From contig OZ244937.1 in the NCBI GenBank assembly GCA_965222075.1, positions 2,400,001 through 2,464,000 of the forward strand: 64,000 bases of DNA, given 5' to 3'. Shown piece after piece: positions 48,036 to 58,552 of the stretch. Source of the DNA: Candidatus Latescibacterota bacterium (GTDB lineage Bacteria; Latescibacterota; UBA2968; GCA-2709665). Under the pieces are notes generated by a model. That model ran no database searches and was not told the origin of the DNA. It saw only the letters and a list, made by a program, of their open reading frames with translations. The position numbers and the translations under genes are program-made. Each line of letters starts with the position of its first letter. Positions within the stretch are counted from its first letter, which is position 1.

Positions 48036-48175
48036 TGTATGTCCCTCCTTTTCAGTTCCAGGTTGCACGCCGTACCGAAAATATAAGGCAATTGTCACGT
48101 ACCGGAAACAAAAATCTGACCCTGACCCGCGTCCGTCTCTCAAAACCGCACACGATTTGTTCCTTCTGCCCCTGC

Positions 48176-48658
48176 CTATTTCCGGCTGCGCTTTCGCATC
48201 TCCTTCGCAGCCCCCCTCATCGCTTCCACAACCTTTGTGTAGCCCGTGCAGCGGCACAGGTTTCCGGCCAGGGCCCGGCGGATCTCATCCTCCGTGGGAT
48301 CGGGGCGATCGTTCAAAAGCGCAAACCCTGAAACAATAATACCCGGCGTACAGAAGCCGCACTGCAATCCTCCCAGGTCCACCATCGCTTCCTGAATGGG
48401 GTGAAGTTTTCCTCCCTCTGAAATCCCTTCAACGGTGGTGATCTCCCGCCCGTTGGCCTGCATGGCCAGGACCAGGCAGGAAGTGACCGGTTGGCCGTCC
48501 ATCAGCACCGTGCAGGCCCCGCAGTCGCCCGTACTGCACCCCTCCTTGGTCCCCGTCAACCCCAGCCGGTCACGCAACACGGCCAAGAGGGTCTTGCGGG
48601 GCTCTACCGACAGCTCGTACGCATTGTCGTTTACCGTCATCTCAATCTCGTATTTCAT
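48176..48658 (-). CDS. Molybdenum hydroxylase 2Fe-2S subunit (CoxS/XdhC-like)
   Basis: GCSTGDCGAC, QCGFCTPG, NLCRCTGY. Confidence 0.95.
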   Translation of the reverse strand: MKYEIEMTVNDNAYELSVEPRKTLLAVLRDRLGLTGTKEGCSTGDCGACTVLMDGQPVTSCLVLAMQANGREITTVEGISEGGKLHPIQEAMVDLGGLQCGFCTPGIIVSGFALLNDRPDPTEDEIRRALAGNLCRCTGYTKVVEAMRGAAKEMRKRSRK

Positions 48659-49551
48659 GCGGCCCTCCTTCCCAAGCCTGACTTCAGCCGGGCATCCTCA
48701 CAGGCGGCCGCCACCATCCGGCCGGTCAGCACCCGGACCATCTCGCGCCGGAACTCGGCCGAGCCCCGCACATCGCTGATCGGCCGGGCTTCGCCGGCAG
48801 CCGCATCGGCCGCTTCGTCGATCAACCCGGGCGTCGGTTTCCGACCCCGCAAAACCCGCTCGGCCTGCTTTGCCCGCATCGGCACAGGCGCCACCGCGCC
48901 CAGGACGATCCTGATTTCCTTGCACGCGCCCGTGCGGGGCGCCAAGGTCACCGCCGCCCCCACGCCCACCGCGGCAATATCCATCGCCCCCCGGGGGGTG
49001 TGCCGCACGTAGGCCGAACCGGTCCGGGGCACCGGCACAGGCGCCTCAACTGCCGTTACAAACTCCCCGGCCTTAAGCGCCGTCTGCCCGGGGCCGGTCA
49101 TGAAATTTTCGACCAGAAGCGACCGCCGCCCGCCCGGCCCGGCGATCCGCACCCTGGCCCCGTGAACGATCAGGCCCGGCGCCGCATCCGCCGAAGGCGC
49201 GGCATTGCAGATATTCCCCACCACCGTCGCCAGGTTTCGGATCTGGAAAGAACCGACCACTCCCGCCCCCTGCGCAAGGGCCGGGTAGCGCCCACAGGCC
49301 ACCGGCGAAAGCTCCACCTGCCGCATCGTCACCGCAGCGCCAATCCTCAGGCCGCTCTTCCGGTTAAACCGCAGCCCGTCAAGCCCGGAAATCCGTGTCA
49401 CGTCCACAACCGCCTCCGGCTTCCAGACCCGGCCCTTCATCCGGACCAGCATGTCGGTACCCCCAGCCAGGACCATCGCCTCTGGATGCGCCCTCAGCGC
49501 CTCCACAGCCTCCCGAACCGTCCGGGGCGCGAAATAGTCAAAGCTGTGCAA
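48655..49551 (-). CDS. Molybdenum hydroxylase FAD subunit (CoxM-like)
   Basis: LAGGTD, QIRNLATVVGN, PISDVRGSAEFR. Confidence 0.93.
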   Translation of the reverse strand: MHSFDYFAPRTVREAVEALRAHPEAMVLAGGTDMLVRMKGRVWKPEAVVDVTRISGLDGLRFNRKSGLRIGAAVTMRQVELSPVACGRYPALAQGAGVVGSFQIRNLATVVGNICNAAPSADAAPGLIVHGARVRIAGPGGRRSLLVENFMTGPGQTALKAGEFVTAVEAPVPVPRTGSAYVRHTPRGAMDIAAVGVGAAVTLAPRTGACKEIRIVLGAVAPVPMRAKQAERVLRGRKPTPGLIDEAADAAAGEARPISDVRGSAEFRREMVRVLTGRMVAAACEDARLKSGLGRRAA

Positions 49552-49573
49552 TTTGTACCCCCCTTTCCAAAAT

Positions 49574-51766
49574 TCAATCCCGCAACGCTGCCACCACCCG
49601 CTCCGGCGTCATCGGCATCTCCGTCACCCTCGCGCCCACCGCATCGTAAATCGCGTTGGCAACCGCCGCAGCCCCCGGAATAATCGGGGGTTCGCCCACC
49701 CCCTTGGCGCCGTATGGCCCCAGCTCGCAGGGGTCCTCAACCAGCACCGTCTTGATGTTCGGCACATCCAGCGCCGTGGGAATCGCATAGTCCAGCAAAT
49801 TCGGGTTCAGCACCCGCCCCTCGTCGTCGTACTGGTAGCCTTCCATCAGCCCGAAACTGATCGACTGCACCGCACCGCCCTGCATCTGCCCCTCCACCAG
49901 CATCGGGTTGAGCGCCCGTCCCACGTCCTGCGCGGCCACCAGGTCGATCAGGCGCACCTGTCCCGTCCCTGTGTCCACCTCCACGGTGGCGACCTCCACC
50001 GAATAGGTCGGATAGGTGGGGATCCGGTTCAGCACCCCCCGCCCGCTGATCGGCCCTTCCTCCGAATCGATCGCCTTCTCGGCCAGTTCGCCCACGCCGA
50101 CCCTGTGGTCCGGCGAGCCGATCACCTCCACCCTTTCATCCGCGATCGTCAGGTCCTCCGGGGAGACCTCCAGCCGCTCCGCAGCCAGCCGCAGCAGCCG
50201 CTCCCGGGCCTCCAGGGCCGCCTTTCGGGCCGCCGTGCCCGCCGAATAGGCCGCCTTGCTCCCCGCGCTTAACGAGGTATAGGGCACCATATCCGTATCC
50301 CCCAGGGTCACCGTCACCTTCTCCACCGGCACCCCCAACTCCTCGGCCACAATCTGCGCCATCACCGTGTGCAGCCCCGTGATGTCCACCTGCCCGGTCA
50401 CCACCGACACCGACCCGTCTGCGGCCATCGTCACAAAAGCGCTCGTCTGCCCCGACGCATTCTGCCAGTCCCCTACCGCAATCCCCATCCCCTGGTTGCG
50501 CTTCAGCCGTCGCCTGCCCCACCGGACCGCCTCTGCGGCCTTCCGGATGGTATCCTTCATCCAGTCGTGCTGGAGGGGCGCCCCGCTCGGCGCATAGTCG
50601 CCCGCACTCAGCCCGTTCACCAGCCGGATCTCCACCGGATCGATCCCCAGCTCCCGGGCCACCATATCGATATTCGACTCCCGGGCCACCGCCGTCTGCG
50701 GCCCCCCCGGCGCCCGATAGGCCCCCGGGGTCGGCTTGTTCGTGCGCGTGGCAAACCCCTCCAACATCACGTTTGGAATCTTGTAAGGCCCCAGCAGCCG
50801 GTTCGAGGCCCCCCCGCGCCCTTCAATCCCCCCGTCCCAGACGATGCGCCCCTCCACCGCCATCAGCATCCCGTCTTTCCGTGCCCCCGTCTTCAGCCGC
50901 ACCCAGCACCCCGGCGCCGGACGGCCGTCCAGAAACTCCTCCTCACGGTTCATCGTCACCTTCACCGGCCGCCCCGTGCGTATGGCCAGCAGCGCCGTCT
51001 GAGCCTCCAGGATCAGCCTGTTCTTGGCGCCAAAGCTCCCCCCCGTCTCCGTCATAATCACCCGCACGCGGCCCTCGGGAACCTTCAGCGCGCTGGCCAG
51101 GTCCTCCCGGATGGTAAACGTGCCCTGCCCCGACTTCCACAGCGTAATCCGCCCATTCGCCTCCACCCGTGCAGTCGCCGAGGTCGGCTCCATATACGTC
51201 TGGTGGAAATAGGGCATGCGGTACTCCGCCTCAAACACCGCATCCGATTCTGCAAATCCCCTCTCCACATCCCCTTCCTCGATCACCTGGTACGACGTCA
51301 CATTGCGCAGCCGCCTCCCCTCCGAATCGGTCACCGCCTCGGTCGGCGCGCCCAGCTGCGCCTCCGGGGCGTCCGGGTGGATGGCCGCGGCCGGATCGAT
51401 CACCGGGGGCAGCGTCTCGTAGTTCACCTCGATCAGCTCCAGGGCGTCTTCGGCGATATCCAGGTCCACCGCCGCCACCGCCGCCACCTTTTGCCCCTCG
51501 TAACAGACCTCCTCCGATGGAAAGATCGACAGCTCCGGCACGTCCTGCGCGCAGACCACGTCCACCACCCCCGGCAGCGCCCGCGCTTTCGATAGATCGA
51601 TCCGCCGGATGCGGGCATGCGCGTGCGGGCTGCGCAAAATGCGCCCATAGAGCATCCCCGGCAGCTGAATATCATCCGCATAGGCCACCCGACCCGTCAC
51701 AATATCCGGCCCGTTGAGCCTGGGCACGCGCTTCCCCACGACCTTCAACGCATCCTCATGTCCCAT
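49574..51766 (-). CDS. Xanthine dehydrogenase-family molybdopterin-binding subunit
   Basis: RSPHAHARI, GGSFGAK, AYRAPG, EGQMQGG, AKGVGEPP; likely ATG 51766. Confidence 0.92.
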   Translation of the reverse strand: MGHEDALKVVGKRVPRLNGPDIVTGRVAYADDIQLPGMLYGRILRSPHAHARIRRIDLSKARALPGVVDVVCAQDVPELSIFPSEEVCYEGQKVAAVAAVDLDIAEDALELIEVNYETLPPVIDPAAAIHPDAPEAQLGAPTEAVTDSEGRRLRNVTSYQVIEEGDVERGFAESDAVFEAEYRMPYFHQTYMEPTSATARVEANGRITLWKSGQGTFTIREDLASALKVPEGRVRVIMTETGGSFGAKNRLILEAQTALLAIRTGRPVKVTMNREEEFLDGRPAPGCWVRLKTGARKDGMLMAVEGRIVWDGGIEGRGGASNRLLGPYKIPNVMLEGFATRTNKPTPGAYRAPGGPQTAVARESNIDMVARELGIDPVEIRLVNGLSAGDYAPSGAPLQHDWMKDTIRKAAEAVRWGRRRLKRNQGMGIAVGDWQNASGQTSAFVTMAADGSVSVVTGQVDITGLHTVMAQIVAEELGVPVEKVTVTLGDTDMVPYTSLSAGSKAAYSAGTAARKAALEARERLLRLAAERLEVSPEDLTIADERVEVIGSPDHRVGVGELAEKAIDSEEGPISGRGVLNRIPTYPTYSVEVATVEVDTGTGQVRLIDLVAAQDVGRALNPMLVEGQMQGGAVQSISFGLMEGYQYDDEGRVLNPNLLDYAIPTALDVPNIKTVLVEDPCELGPYGAKGVGEPPIIPGAAAVANAIYDAVGARVTEMPMTPERVVAALRD

Positions 51767-52001
51767 ACCGGTCCTCCTTTTGGTTCTACCTCGTCCAAGA
51801 GGTTGAAGAAAAACAGGTTGTGCCAAGATAATATCCCACAGTGGAAAGTCAAGAACAGAAATGGTCAATGAGCCAGGAAGCCCCCCGGAGCGATCGGTTC
51901 TGGGAGCGGTTCGCACCACTTTTAATGCCAGAGGCCTGCCTTGACTTCCCATCGGTCTTGCCGTATCTTCCTTTGCCTGCTGAGACCTTTTCTTAAACAT
52001 T

Positions 52002-52029
52002 CTCTGCGTCCTCTGTGTCTCTGTGGTGA
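52002..52029. repeat. Short CTCTG(C/T)G tandem element
   Basis: CTCTGCGTCCTCTGTGTCTCTGTGGTGA, a recognisable small intergenic repeat type. Confidence 0.5.
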
Positions 52030-52034
52030 ATACC

Positions 52035-53267
52035 ATGGACAAAATCAGACTCGCCCTCATCGGCTGCGGCGGCATGGGCACCCGGCACCTCTACGGCCTC
52101 CGCGAACTGGCGCAGACCCCCTTCAACAACGTCGAACTCTGCGCCCTGTGCGACATCCGCCGCGAACACGCCGAACTCGCCGCCGCAGAGGCCGAAACCC
52201 TGCTGGGCGTCCGCCCACAGACCTTCACCGACCTCGAAGAGATGGTCCGCAGCATCCCCGACCTGGACGCCGTAGACGTCGTCACGGACCCGTCGGTACA
52301 CCACACCGTCGTCTGCAAGGCCCTGGACCTCTGCCTCCACGTGGTGGTCGAAAAACCCATGGCCATCTCCGTAAGAGCCTGCCGGTTGATGCTAAAAGCC
52401 GCCGAACGCAACAACCGCAAACTGTCCGTAGCCGAGAACTACCGGCGGGACCCCTCCGCGCGCCTGGTCCGCCATCTCCTGAACACAGGCGAAATCGGCA
52501 CCCCCTACATGGCCACCTTCCACGCGCTGCGCGAAGGCGACCGGATCTTCATCACCCCCTGGCGCCACCTCAAAAACAGGGGCGGCCCCCTCCTGGACCT
52601 GGGCGTACACTACACCGACCTCATCCGGTATCAACTGGGAGACATAGCGGAAGTCTACGGCGATACAAGGCTGGTGGAGCCGGTGAGGAGAAAACCAGAC
52701 GCGATCAGCGACCCCTACGCCTTTTACCAGAACCGGTTCAAAGCGATGCAACCGGAGGCTCCCGCCACGGCAGAAGACACATCGATTGCACTGTTCAAAA
52801 TGGAAAGCGGCCTCACCTTGAGCTGGATCATAGGCACAGGCGGCCACGCCGACTGCAGCGGACAGCTCATCCTGGGAGACCGGGGAAGCCTTCAAAGTTT
52901 CGGAACCCGGGGTGGCAGGGCCGTCCTGAAGCGGGCAAACCGGGAAGCGATGGACCACGCTGAGATCCTCGCATCCGTCGACGGATTCACCCTGCACCCC
53001 CTGGCCGAATACTTCTTTCCCGACCGGGTTGCCACCGAAAACGTGGACTGGAAGCTCATCGCCCTCGAACAGCACGAACTCGCTCAGGCCATCCTGGAAG
53101 GCCAGGAGATCGAAGTGGATGCAACCGAAGGCCTGAAAGACGTGGCCGCCGTCTATGCCATCTGTGAGTCCTCCCGAGCCGGCAGGCCGGTTAAAATGAG
53201 CGAAATTGAGACCTGCCAGGTTTACGACTACCAGGCCGAAATCGACGAAGCGCTGGGGATCGTATAA
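52035..53267 (+). CDS. Gfo/Idh/MocA-family oxidoreductase
   Basis: LIGCGGMG, VEKPMA, DLGVHYTD. Confidence 0.92.
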   Translation: MDKIRLALIGCGGMGTRHLYGLRELAQTPFNNVELCALCDIRREHAELAAAEAETLLGVRPQTFTDLEEMVRSIPDLDAVDVVTDPSVHHTVVCKALDLCLHVVVEKPMAISVRACRLMLKAAERNNRKLSVAENYRRDPSARLVRHLLNTGEIGTPYMATFHALREGDRIFITPWRHLKNRGGPLLDLGVHYTDLIRYQLGDIAEVYGDTRLVEPVRRKPDAISDPYAFYQNRFKAMQPEAPATAEDTSIALFKMESGLTLSWIIGTGGHADCSGQLILGDRGSLQSFGTRGGRAVLKRANREAMDHAEILASVDGFTLHPLAEYFFPDRVATENVDWKLIALEQHELAQAILEGQEIEVDATEGLKDVAAVYAICESSRAGRPVKMSEIETCQVYDYQAEIDEALGIV

Positions 53268-53288
53268 ACCGCGCCAGCAGTGATCGCC

Positions 53289-54653
53289 TCAGGGAGGCGC
53301 TTCGAGTGCCAAACGGATGGCGGAAGCGGCCGACGTGCCCGTTTCGATTGCTGTTTCGGTATAGGTGGTTCCCAGGTAGTCCCCCGCCAGGAAGATGCGC
53401 CCCAACGGACATTCCAATGCTGCTTGAACCCGATGGCGCCCCGGCCGGGGGTGTGGAAGACCGTGCTCCCAGCGCTGGATATAAACCTCTTCAACGATGT
53501 CCGCGATCTGGGGAAACACGGAGGAGAGATCCTCCACGTACCGCTTCGCGATTTGATTATCGTCGAGATCGGCCAGGCGCCGGGCGAGCCCGGCTCCGGA
53601 GTAGACCATCAAACTCCCGCCCGGCTGACGGGTGTCGCTTTTCGGTCGCAGAATATTGGCCATATTGAACATCATGTTGAATGATTTCTTCGGCGTCGCA
53701 ACCGCGTAAAGATCATCCCAGGGCGCTGGGCTCGTTTCCCTGGTGAGAAACGCGGCCACGACATAGGGGCCATACGAGATGGCCTCCAGCGCTTCTCGTG
53801 TCTTTGGGGCAAGCCCCGGGATAATGCGTCGCGTCACATAAGCCGGTGTCGCTGCGACCACGTAACGGGCCAACCGTTCATGCGGCACGCCATCCTGCGC
53901 ATAACAAACACGAACACGATCGTCTTCGGTTGTGACCTCCTTGACCGGACACCGCAGGTGAACGCGATCACCCAGCGTCCGTGCGATGGCCTCCGGCAGC
54001 TGACTCGACCCGCCAAAAATGTTCCGAGCGAGTCCCGCCTGGCGGTCCCAGACCAGCTGGAAGTAGCCGATCCCGTAGCCCGCGGTGACTTCCTCGGGTT
54101 CCCCCGAAGAACGATTGATCGTGGGCCGAAACATGGCATCGACATCCTCCGGAACATCTCCAAGAAAATCAGAGAATGTCTCGTCGCCACGAAAGGACAT
54201 GATCCGGGTGCGGCGTTCCTCTGCGGACTCTCCCTCGCGCGGTCGGGACATCCGCCCATACTCGGAAACCGCCAGCCGCAGCCGGATGCCCGCCCGCGCG
54301 AGCGTCCAACGATCGCGCCAGCGGAGCGGCAGGCGAAAGGGATACGTCTCAACGCGGCCCGTCCTCAGAATCTTCCCTTTGAAAGCAAGACCCGTGAGCA
54401 CGCCAGGCACATCCCCAGCCGTGACCCCGGTCGCATCAAGGAGCCGGGCGGTGGCAGACCCCGCCCCCCCAAAAACGTGGGCGCCCACATTCAGCCAGTA
54501 GCGACCGCGGGGAATAGACTTGATGCGTCCCCCCACGCGATCCTCGGCTTCCAGGACCAGAACATCCCGGTCGCGCAACTCCCAGGCGGCGGCCAAACCC
54601 GCAATCCCGCCACCCAAGACAATGGCTTCGTTGACGTCCTTTCCAACGGTCAT
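53289..54653 (-). CDS. Flavin-containing amine oxidase / protoporphyrinogen-oxidase-like protein
   Basis: LGGGIAGL, LEAEDRVGGR, NVGAH, LAGDY; likely ATG 54653. Confidence 0.85.
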   Translation of the reverse strand: MTVGKDVNEAIVLGGGIAGLAAAWELRDRDVLVLEAEDRVGGRIKSIPRGRYWLNVGAHVFGGAGSATARLLDATGVTAGDVPGVLTGLAFKGKILRTGRVETYPFRLPLRWRDRWTLARAGIRLRLAVSEYGRMSRPREGESAEERRTRIMSFRGDETFSDFLGDVPEDVDAMFRPTINRSSGEPEEVTAGYGIGYFQLVWDRQAGLARNIFGGSSQLPEAIARTLGDRVHLRCPVKEVTTEDDRVRVCYAQDGVPHERLARYVVAATPAYVTRRIIPGLAPKTREALEAISYGPYVVAAFLTRETSPAPWDDLYAVATPKKSFNMMFNMANILRPKSDTRQPGGSLMVYSGAGLARRLADLDDNQIAKRYVEDLSSVFPQIADIVEEVYIQRWEHGLPHPRPGRHRVQAALECPLGRIFLAGDYLGTTYTETAIETGTSAASAIRLALEAPP

Positions 54654-54830
54654 GCTGATCTGCCTTTTGGCCTCACACCTCTCCTCAGTCGTCAATCGCC
54701 CGCTTCTCAACCTGTCCTTAATGAAATATAAACAATGGTTGTGAATCCTCCTAACGCGCTCTCTTGGGGAGACACCACAGACCGCCTCGGACGCCCAGAG
54801 TCCACCAGCCGAGGAGGAACCGTTTTTTTC

Positions 54831-54859
54831 TTGACAATAGACACCATTAATTTTATATT
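54831..54859 (+). promoter_or_regulatory. Sigma70 promoter of the ilv-leu operon
   Basis: TTGACA-17 nt-TATATT. Confidence 0.7.
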
Positions 54860-54921
54860 TTCCAATCTCTAAAGTAGTAAAACAGCAATCTGTGGAAATA
54901 GGGTCAAAGAAATTTAGGCCA

Positions 54922-55210
54922 ATGAACCGATACGTCACATCCCAATTTACCGCCAACACATTCTGTCCACCTGCTTCTGCACAGGCTGGCCTGTCTGTAC
55001 ATTTTCCCCTCCTCACCTTGCCCCGGATTGTAGGGATTGCAGTACGTAAGGATAACTTTATCCTCCCCTTACTCCTGAGCCTCTTATTGTCCATCCTGCT
55101 GGCTATTATTCTACAATAAGAGGCTCCATTCCAAGTCGATTCTCCCAGAACACAAAGAAAAGACCACGGATTGAGCCTCTGGAGCGATTCACAGGCAGTC
55201 GCCGTTTTGT
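54922..55210 (+). promoter_or_regulatory. Leu/Ile leader peptide (54922-55119) and attenuator
   Basis: The ORF ends [19 protein letters not shown] with TTA/CTA/TTG codons. Mutually exclusive stems: 55077-55090/55113-55126, 55119-55126/55173-55180, and a terminator-like 55167-55204 followed by TTTT. Confidence 0.72.
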
Positions 55211-55232
55211 ACCTATATTAAGGAACCCGCGC

Positions 55233-55730
55233 ATGCCCAAAAAACATACCATTTCCGCCCTGGTTGAAAACCATTTTGGCGTCCTCTGTCGAGTAGCCGG
55301 TCTCTTCTCCAGCCGGGGGTTCAACATCGACAGCCTCTCCGTTGGTGAAACCGAAGACGCCACCATCTCCCGGATGACCATTGTCGTGCGGGGTGACGAC
55401 CGCGTCCTGGAGCAGGTCGTCAAACAGCTCAACCGCCTCGTCGACGTGATACGGGTAATCGACATTACTCAGGGCGAATTCATCGAGCGGGAACTGGCCC
55501 TCATCAAAGTCAAGGCAGACACCACAACCCGGTCCGAAATCATTCAGATCGCCGAGATCTTCCGGGCCAACATCGTGGACGTGAGCACCTCATCGATGAC
55601 CATTGAGACCACCGGTAAAGAAGATAAGATCGTGGCAATCATCAACATGCTCCGCGCCTACGGCATTAAAGAAATGGCCCGTACGGGCACTGTGGCCCTC
55701 CTGCGGGACTTTCAGCCTAAAAAAACGTAA
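55233..55730 (+). CDS. ilvN: Acetolactate synthase small (regulatory) subunit
   Basis: [47 protein letters not shown]. Confidence 0.95.
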   Translation: MPKKHTISALVENHFGVLCRVAGLFSSRGFNIDSLSVGETEDATISRMTIVVRGDDRVLEQVVKQLNRLVDVIRVIDITQGEFIERELALIKVKADTTTRSEIIQIAEIFRANIVDVSTSSMTIETTGKEDKIVAIINMLRAYGIKEMARTGTVALLRDFQPKKT

Positions 55731-55779
55731 CCGAAGACCAGTAACGAACCGTGCGTACACGACCAGGGAGGATAACCCT

Positions 55780-56766
55780 ATGCAGATGTATTACGACAAA
55801 GAAGCCGACCTCGGCCTCCTCAGCGACAAAACCGTCTCCGTCATCGGCTACGGCAGCCAGGGCCATGCCCATGCGCTTAACCTGCACGACAGCGGGGTTC
55901 GGGCTGTGGTGGGCCTGCGGGAAGGAAGCGCTTCCAGGCAGGCGGCTGCCGACGAAGGCCTGGAAGTCATGTCGGTCTCCGATGCGGCCAGCGCCGGCGA
56001 TATCGTGATGATCCTGATCAACGACGAAGTCCAGCACGACGTCTATACCCGGCAGATTGCGCCCGGCCTGTCGCCTGGCAATGCGCTCGCCTTTGCGCAT
56101 GGATTCAACATCCACTACGGCCAGGTCGTTCCCCCTTCCGACATAGACGTCTTCATGGTCGCTCCCAAAGGCCCCGGGCATCTGGTCCGGCGCATCTTCG
56201 CCCAGGGCGGTGGTGTGCCTGCGCTGCTGGCGGTTCACCAGGATCACACCGGAAAGGCCAAAGAAATCGCCCTGGCCTACGCCAAAGGGCTTGGCGCCAC
56301 CCGCGCCGGTGTCATCGAGACCACCTTCCGGGAAGAGACCGAAACCGACCTCTTTGGCGAACAGTCGGTCCTCTGCGGCGGCCTCACCGAACTCATCCGC
56401 GCCAGTTTTGATACTCTGGTCGAGGCAGGCTACCAGCCCGAAGTCGCCTACTTCGAGTGCCTGCACGAAGTCAAACTCATCGTGGACCTCATCTACGAAG
56501 GGGGCATCGCCAACATGCGCTCCTCCATCTCCGATACCGCAGAATACGGAGACCTGACCAGGGGCAAGCGCATCATCACCGCTGAAACCCGAAAGGTCAT
56601 GGGGGAAATCCTCAACGACATCCAGACCGGTGCATTCCCCAGGGAGTGGCTGCTCGAAAACCGGGTCGGCCGCCCGGTCTACACCGCCCGGAAACGCCAG
56701 GACCAGGAGCACCTGATCGAGGAAGTCGGCGCAAAATTGCGGGGCATGATGTCCTGGCTGGAATAA
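55780..56766 (+). CDS. ilvC: Ketol-acid reductoisomerase
   Basis: [32 protein letters not shown]; ATG 55780 with GGAGG RBS. Confidence 0.97.
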   Translation: MQMYYDKEADLGLLSDKTVSVIGYGSQGHAHALNLHDSGVRAVVGLREGSASRQAAADEGLEVMSVSDAASAGDIVMILINDEVQHDVYTRQIAPGLSPGNALAFAHGFNIHYGQVVPPSDIDVFMVAPKGPGHLVRRIFAQGGGVPALLAVHQDHTGKAKEIALAYAKGLGATRAGVIETTFREETETDLFGEQSVLCGGLTELIRASFDTLVEAGYQPEVAYFECLHEVKLIVDLIYEGGIANMRSSISDTAEYGDLTRGKRIITAETRKVMGEILNDIQTGAFPREWLLENRVGRPVYTARKRQDQEHLIEEVGAKLRGMMSWLE

Positions 56767-56958
56767 GGACGAATAATTGAAGATTGACCGAATCCGCAAC
56801 CTTCAATAACAAAAGGGGGTGAGACAGATGGAATCCGACCTTGGCGACCTGAAGGACGAAAGTGAACTGCACCTTATCGGGCAGGTGGGACAGCGCTGCC
56901 GGAGGGTTCCATCTGCCGGTTGAATACGCCTGCTCCGGCGCCGGGAGGCAGAACATCC

Positions 56959-58515
56959 ATGACCAGCAAAAAAAACAATTCAGACCGTGTCATTGTTTTC
57001 GACACCACCCTGAGGGATGCCGAACAGACCCCCGGAGCGTCCCTCACCGTCCGGGAAAAAGTGGAAATCGCCCACCAGCTCGCCCGGCTGAACGTGGACG
57101 TGATCGAAGCCGGATTCCCGATCTCTTCCGGTGAAGACTTTGAAGCCGTGCGGCGCATTGCCCACGAGGTAGAAGGCCCCATCATCTGCGGCCTGTCCCG
57201 GGCCATCGATAAAGACATCGACCGCGCCGGTGAGGCGCTCAAAAGCGCCCCCAATCCCAGAATCCACACCTTTATCGGCACCTCTCCCAATCACACCGCC
57301 ATGGTCGGAAAAACCACGGATGAAGTCCTGCAGATGGCTGTCAACGCGGTGGAACGGGCCAAATCGTATGGCGACGATGTGGAATTCTCTCCGATGGACG
57401 CCGCCCGGACCGATACGGCTTATCTCTACGACATCATCGAAGCCACCATCGAAGCCGGGGCCACCACCATCAACATCCCCGACACGGTCGGGTACGCGGT
57501 TCCCGAACAATTCGGCGGTCTTATCACAACGATCCGGAAAAACGTGCCCAACATCGACCGCGCCGTCCTCAGCGTGCACTGTCACGACGACCTGGGCATG
57601 GCAGTCATCAACAGCCTGACCGCGCTGAAAAACGGGGCGCGTCAGGCCGAATGCACCATCAACGGCCTGGGCGAACGGGCGGGTAACGCCGCCCTTGAAG
57701 AGATCGTGATGGCGGTCAAGACCCGGGGCGACTACTTCGGCCTCTACACCAATGTGAAAACCCGCGCGCTCATCGCCACCAGTCGCCTGGTCAGCCGATT
57801 GATGGGCATTATGGTGCCTCCCAACAAAGCCATCGTGGGCGCCAACGCCTTTGCGCACAGCTCGGGCATCCACCAGGACGGCGTTTTGAAAAACCGGGAA
57901 AACTTTGAAATCATCGACCCCCGGGACGTGGGGCTGGACGCCACCAGCATCGTGCTCACCGCCCGGTCGGGCCGCCACGCCTTGAAACACCGGCTGGAAA
58001 AACTGGGCCGCCAGCTCTCCCAGGAAGACCTGGACAGGACCTACGAGCGGTTCTTGAAGGTCGCCGACAAGAAAAAAGAAGTCTACGACGAAGACCTCCT
58101 CGCCATCGTCGGCGACGAAATCCGGGACATCCCGGCAAAGTACCACCTCGAATACCTCCATACCGTCAGCGGCACCGGCACCGTTCCTTCCGCCACCGTC
58201 CGCATCCTCATCAACGGCACGGAGGAGGTGCAGGAATCCGCGTGTGGAGATGGTCCTGTCGACGCGGCCTATAAGGCCATTGCCAAGACCTCGGGCACGT
58301 CCGTGGAAGTGCACGAATACGCCATCCGGGCCGTCACCAGCGGCGCCGAGGCCATGGGCGAGGTCAACGTGCGGGTCTCCCAGAACGGGACTGAAGCCAC
58401 CGGACGGGGCGCTTCGACAGACATCATCGAAGCCAGCGCCAAAGCCTACATCGACGCGCTCAATCGCCTGGCCGCCCGTGCAGGCATCGAAGAACAACAC
58501 ACCCAGGCGGTTTAG
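56959..58515 (+). CDS. leuA: 2-isopropylmalate synthase
   Basis: [29 protein letters not shown]-terminal regulatory domain. Confidence 0.95.
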   Translation: MTSKKNNSDRVIVFDTTLRDAEQTPGASLTVREKVEIAHQLARLNVDVIEAGFPISSGEDFEAVRRIAHEVEGPIICGLSRAIDKDIDRAGEALKSAPNPRIHTFIGTSPNHTAMVGKTTDEVLQMAVNAVERAKSYGDDVEFSPMDAARTDTAYLYDIIEATIEAGATTINIPDTVGYAVPEQFGGLITTIRKNVPNIDRAVLSVHCHDDLGMAVINSLTALKNGARQAECTINGLGERAGNAALEEIVMAVKTRGDYFGLYTNVKTRALIATSRLVSRLMGIMVPPNKAIVGANAFAHSSGIHQDGVLKNRENFEIIDPRDVGLDATSIVLTARSGRHALKHRLEKLGRQLSQEDLDRTYERFLKVADKKKEVYDEDLLAIVGDEIRDIPAKYHLEYLHTVSGTGTVPSATVRILINGTEEVQESACGDGPVDAAYKAIAKTSGTSVEVHEYAIRAVTSGAEAMGEVNVRVSQNGTEATGRGASTDIIEASAKAYIDALNRLAARAGIEEQHTQAV

Positions 58516-58552
58516 ACAGCATGTCGTGCCCCACCTGGAGGGAAACCCGTTC

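Noticed and set aside
49574-51766. Aerobic CO dehydrogenase (form I CoxL)
   Set aside because: The active-site loop is AYRAPG, not AYxCSFR, and there are no cox accessory genes.
54654-55094. N-terminal extension of the 601-aa flavoprotein ORF (and similar extensions at 17669-18271 and 51767-52081)
   Set aside because: The extensions overlap promoters, the leader or neighbouring genes; family similarity begins at downstream starts.
56849-56868. Hammerhead-ribozyme-like CTGAAG...GAAA
   Set aside because: The core deviates from CUGANGA/GAAA and the required flanking stems cannot be formed convincingly.
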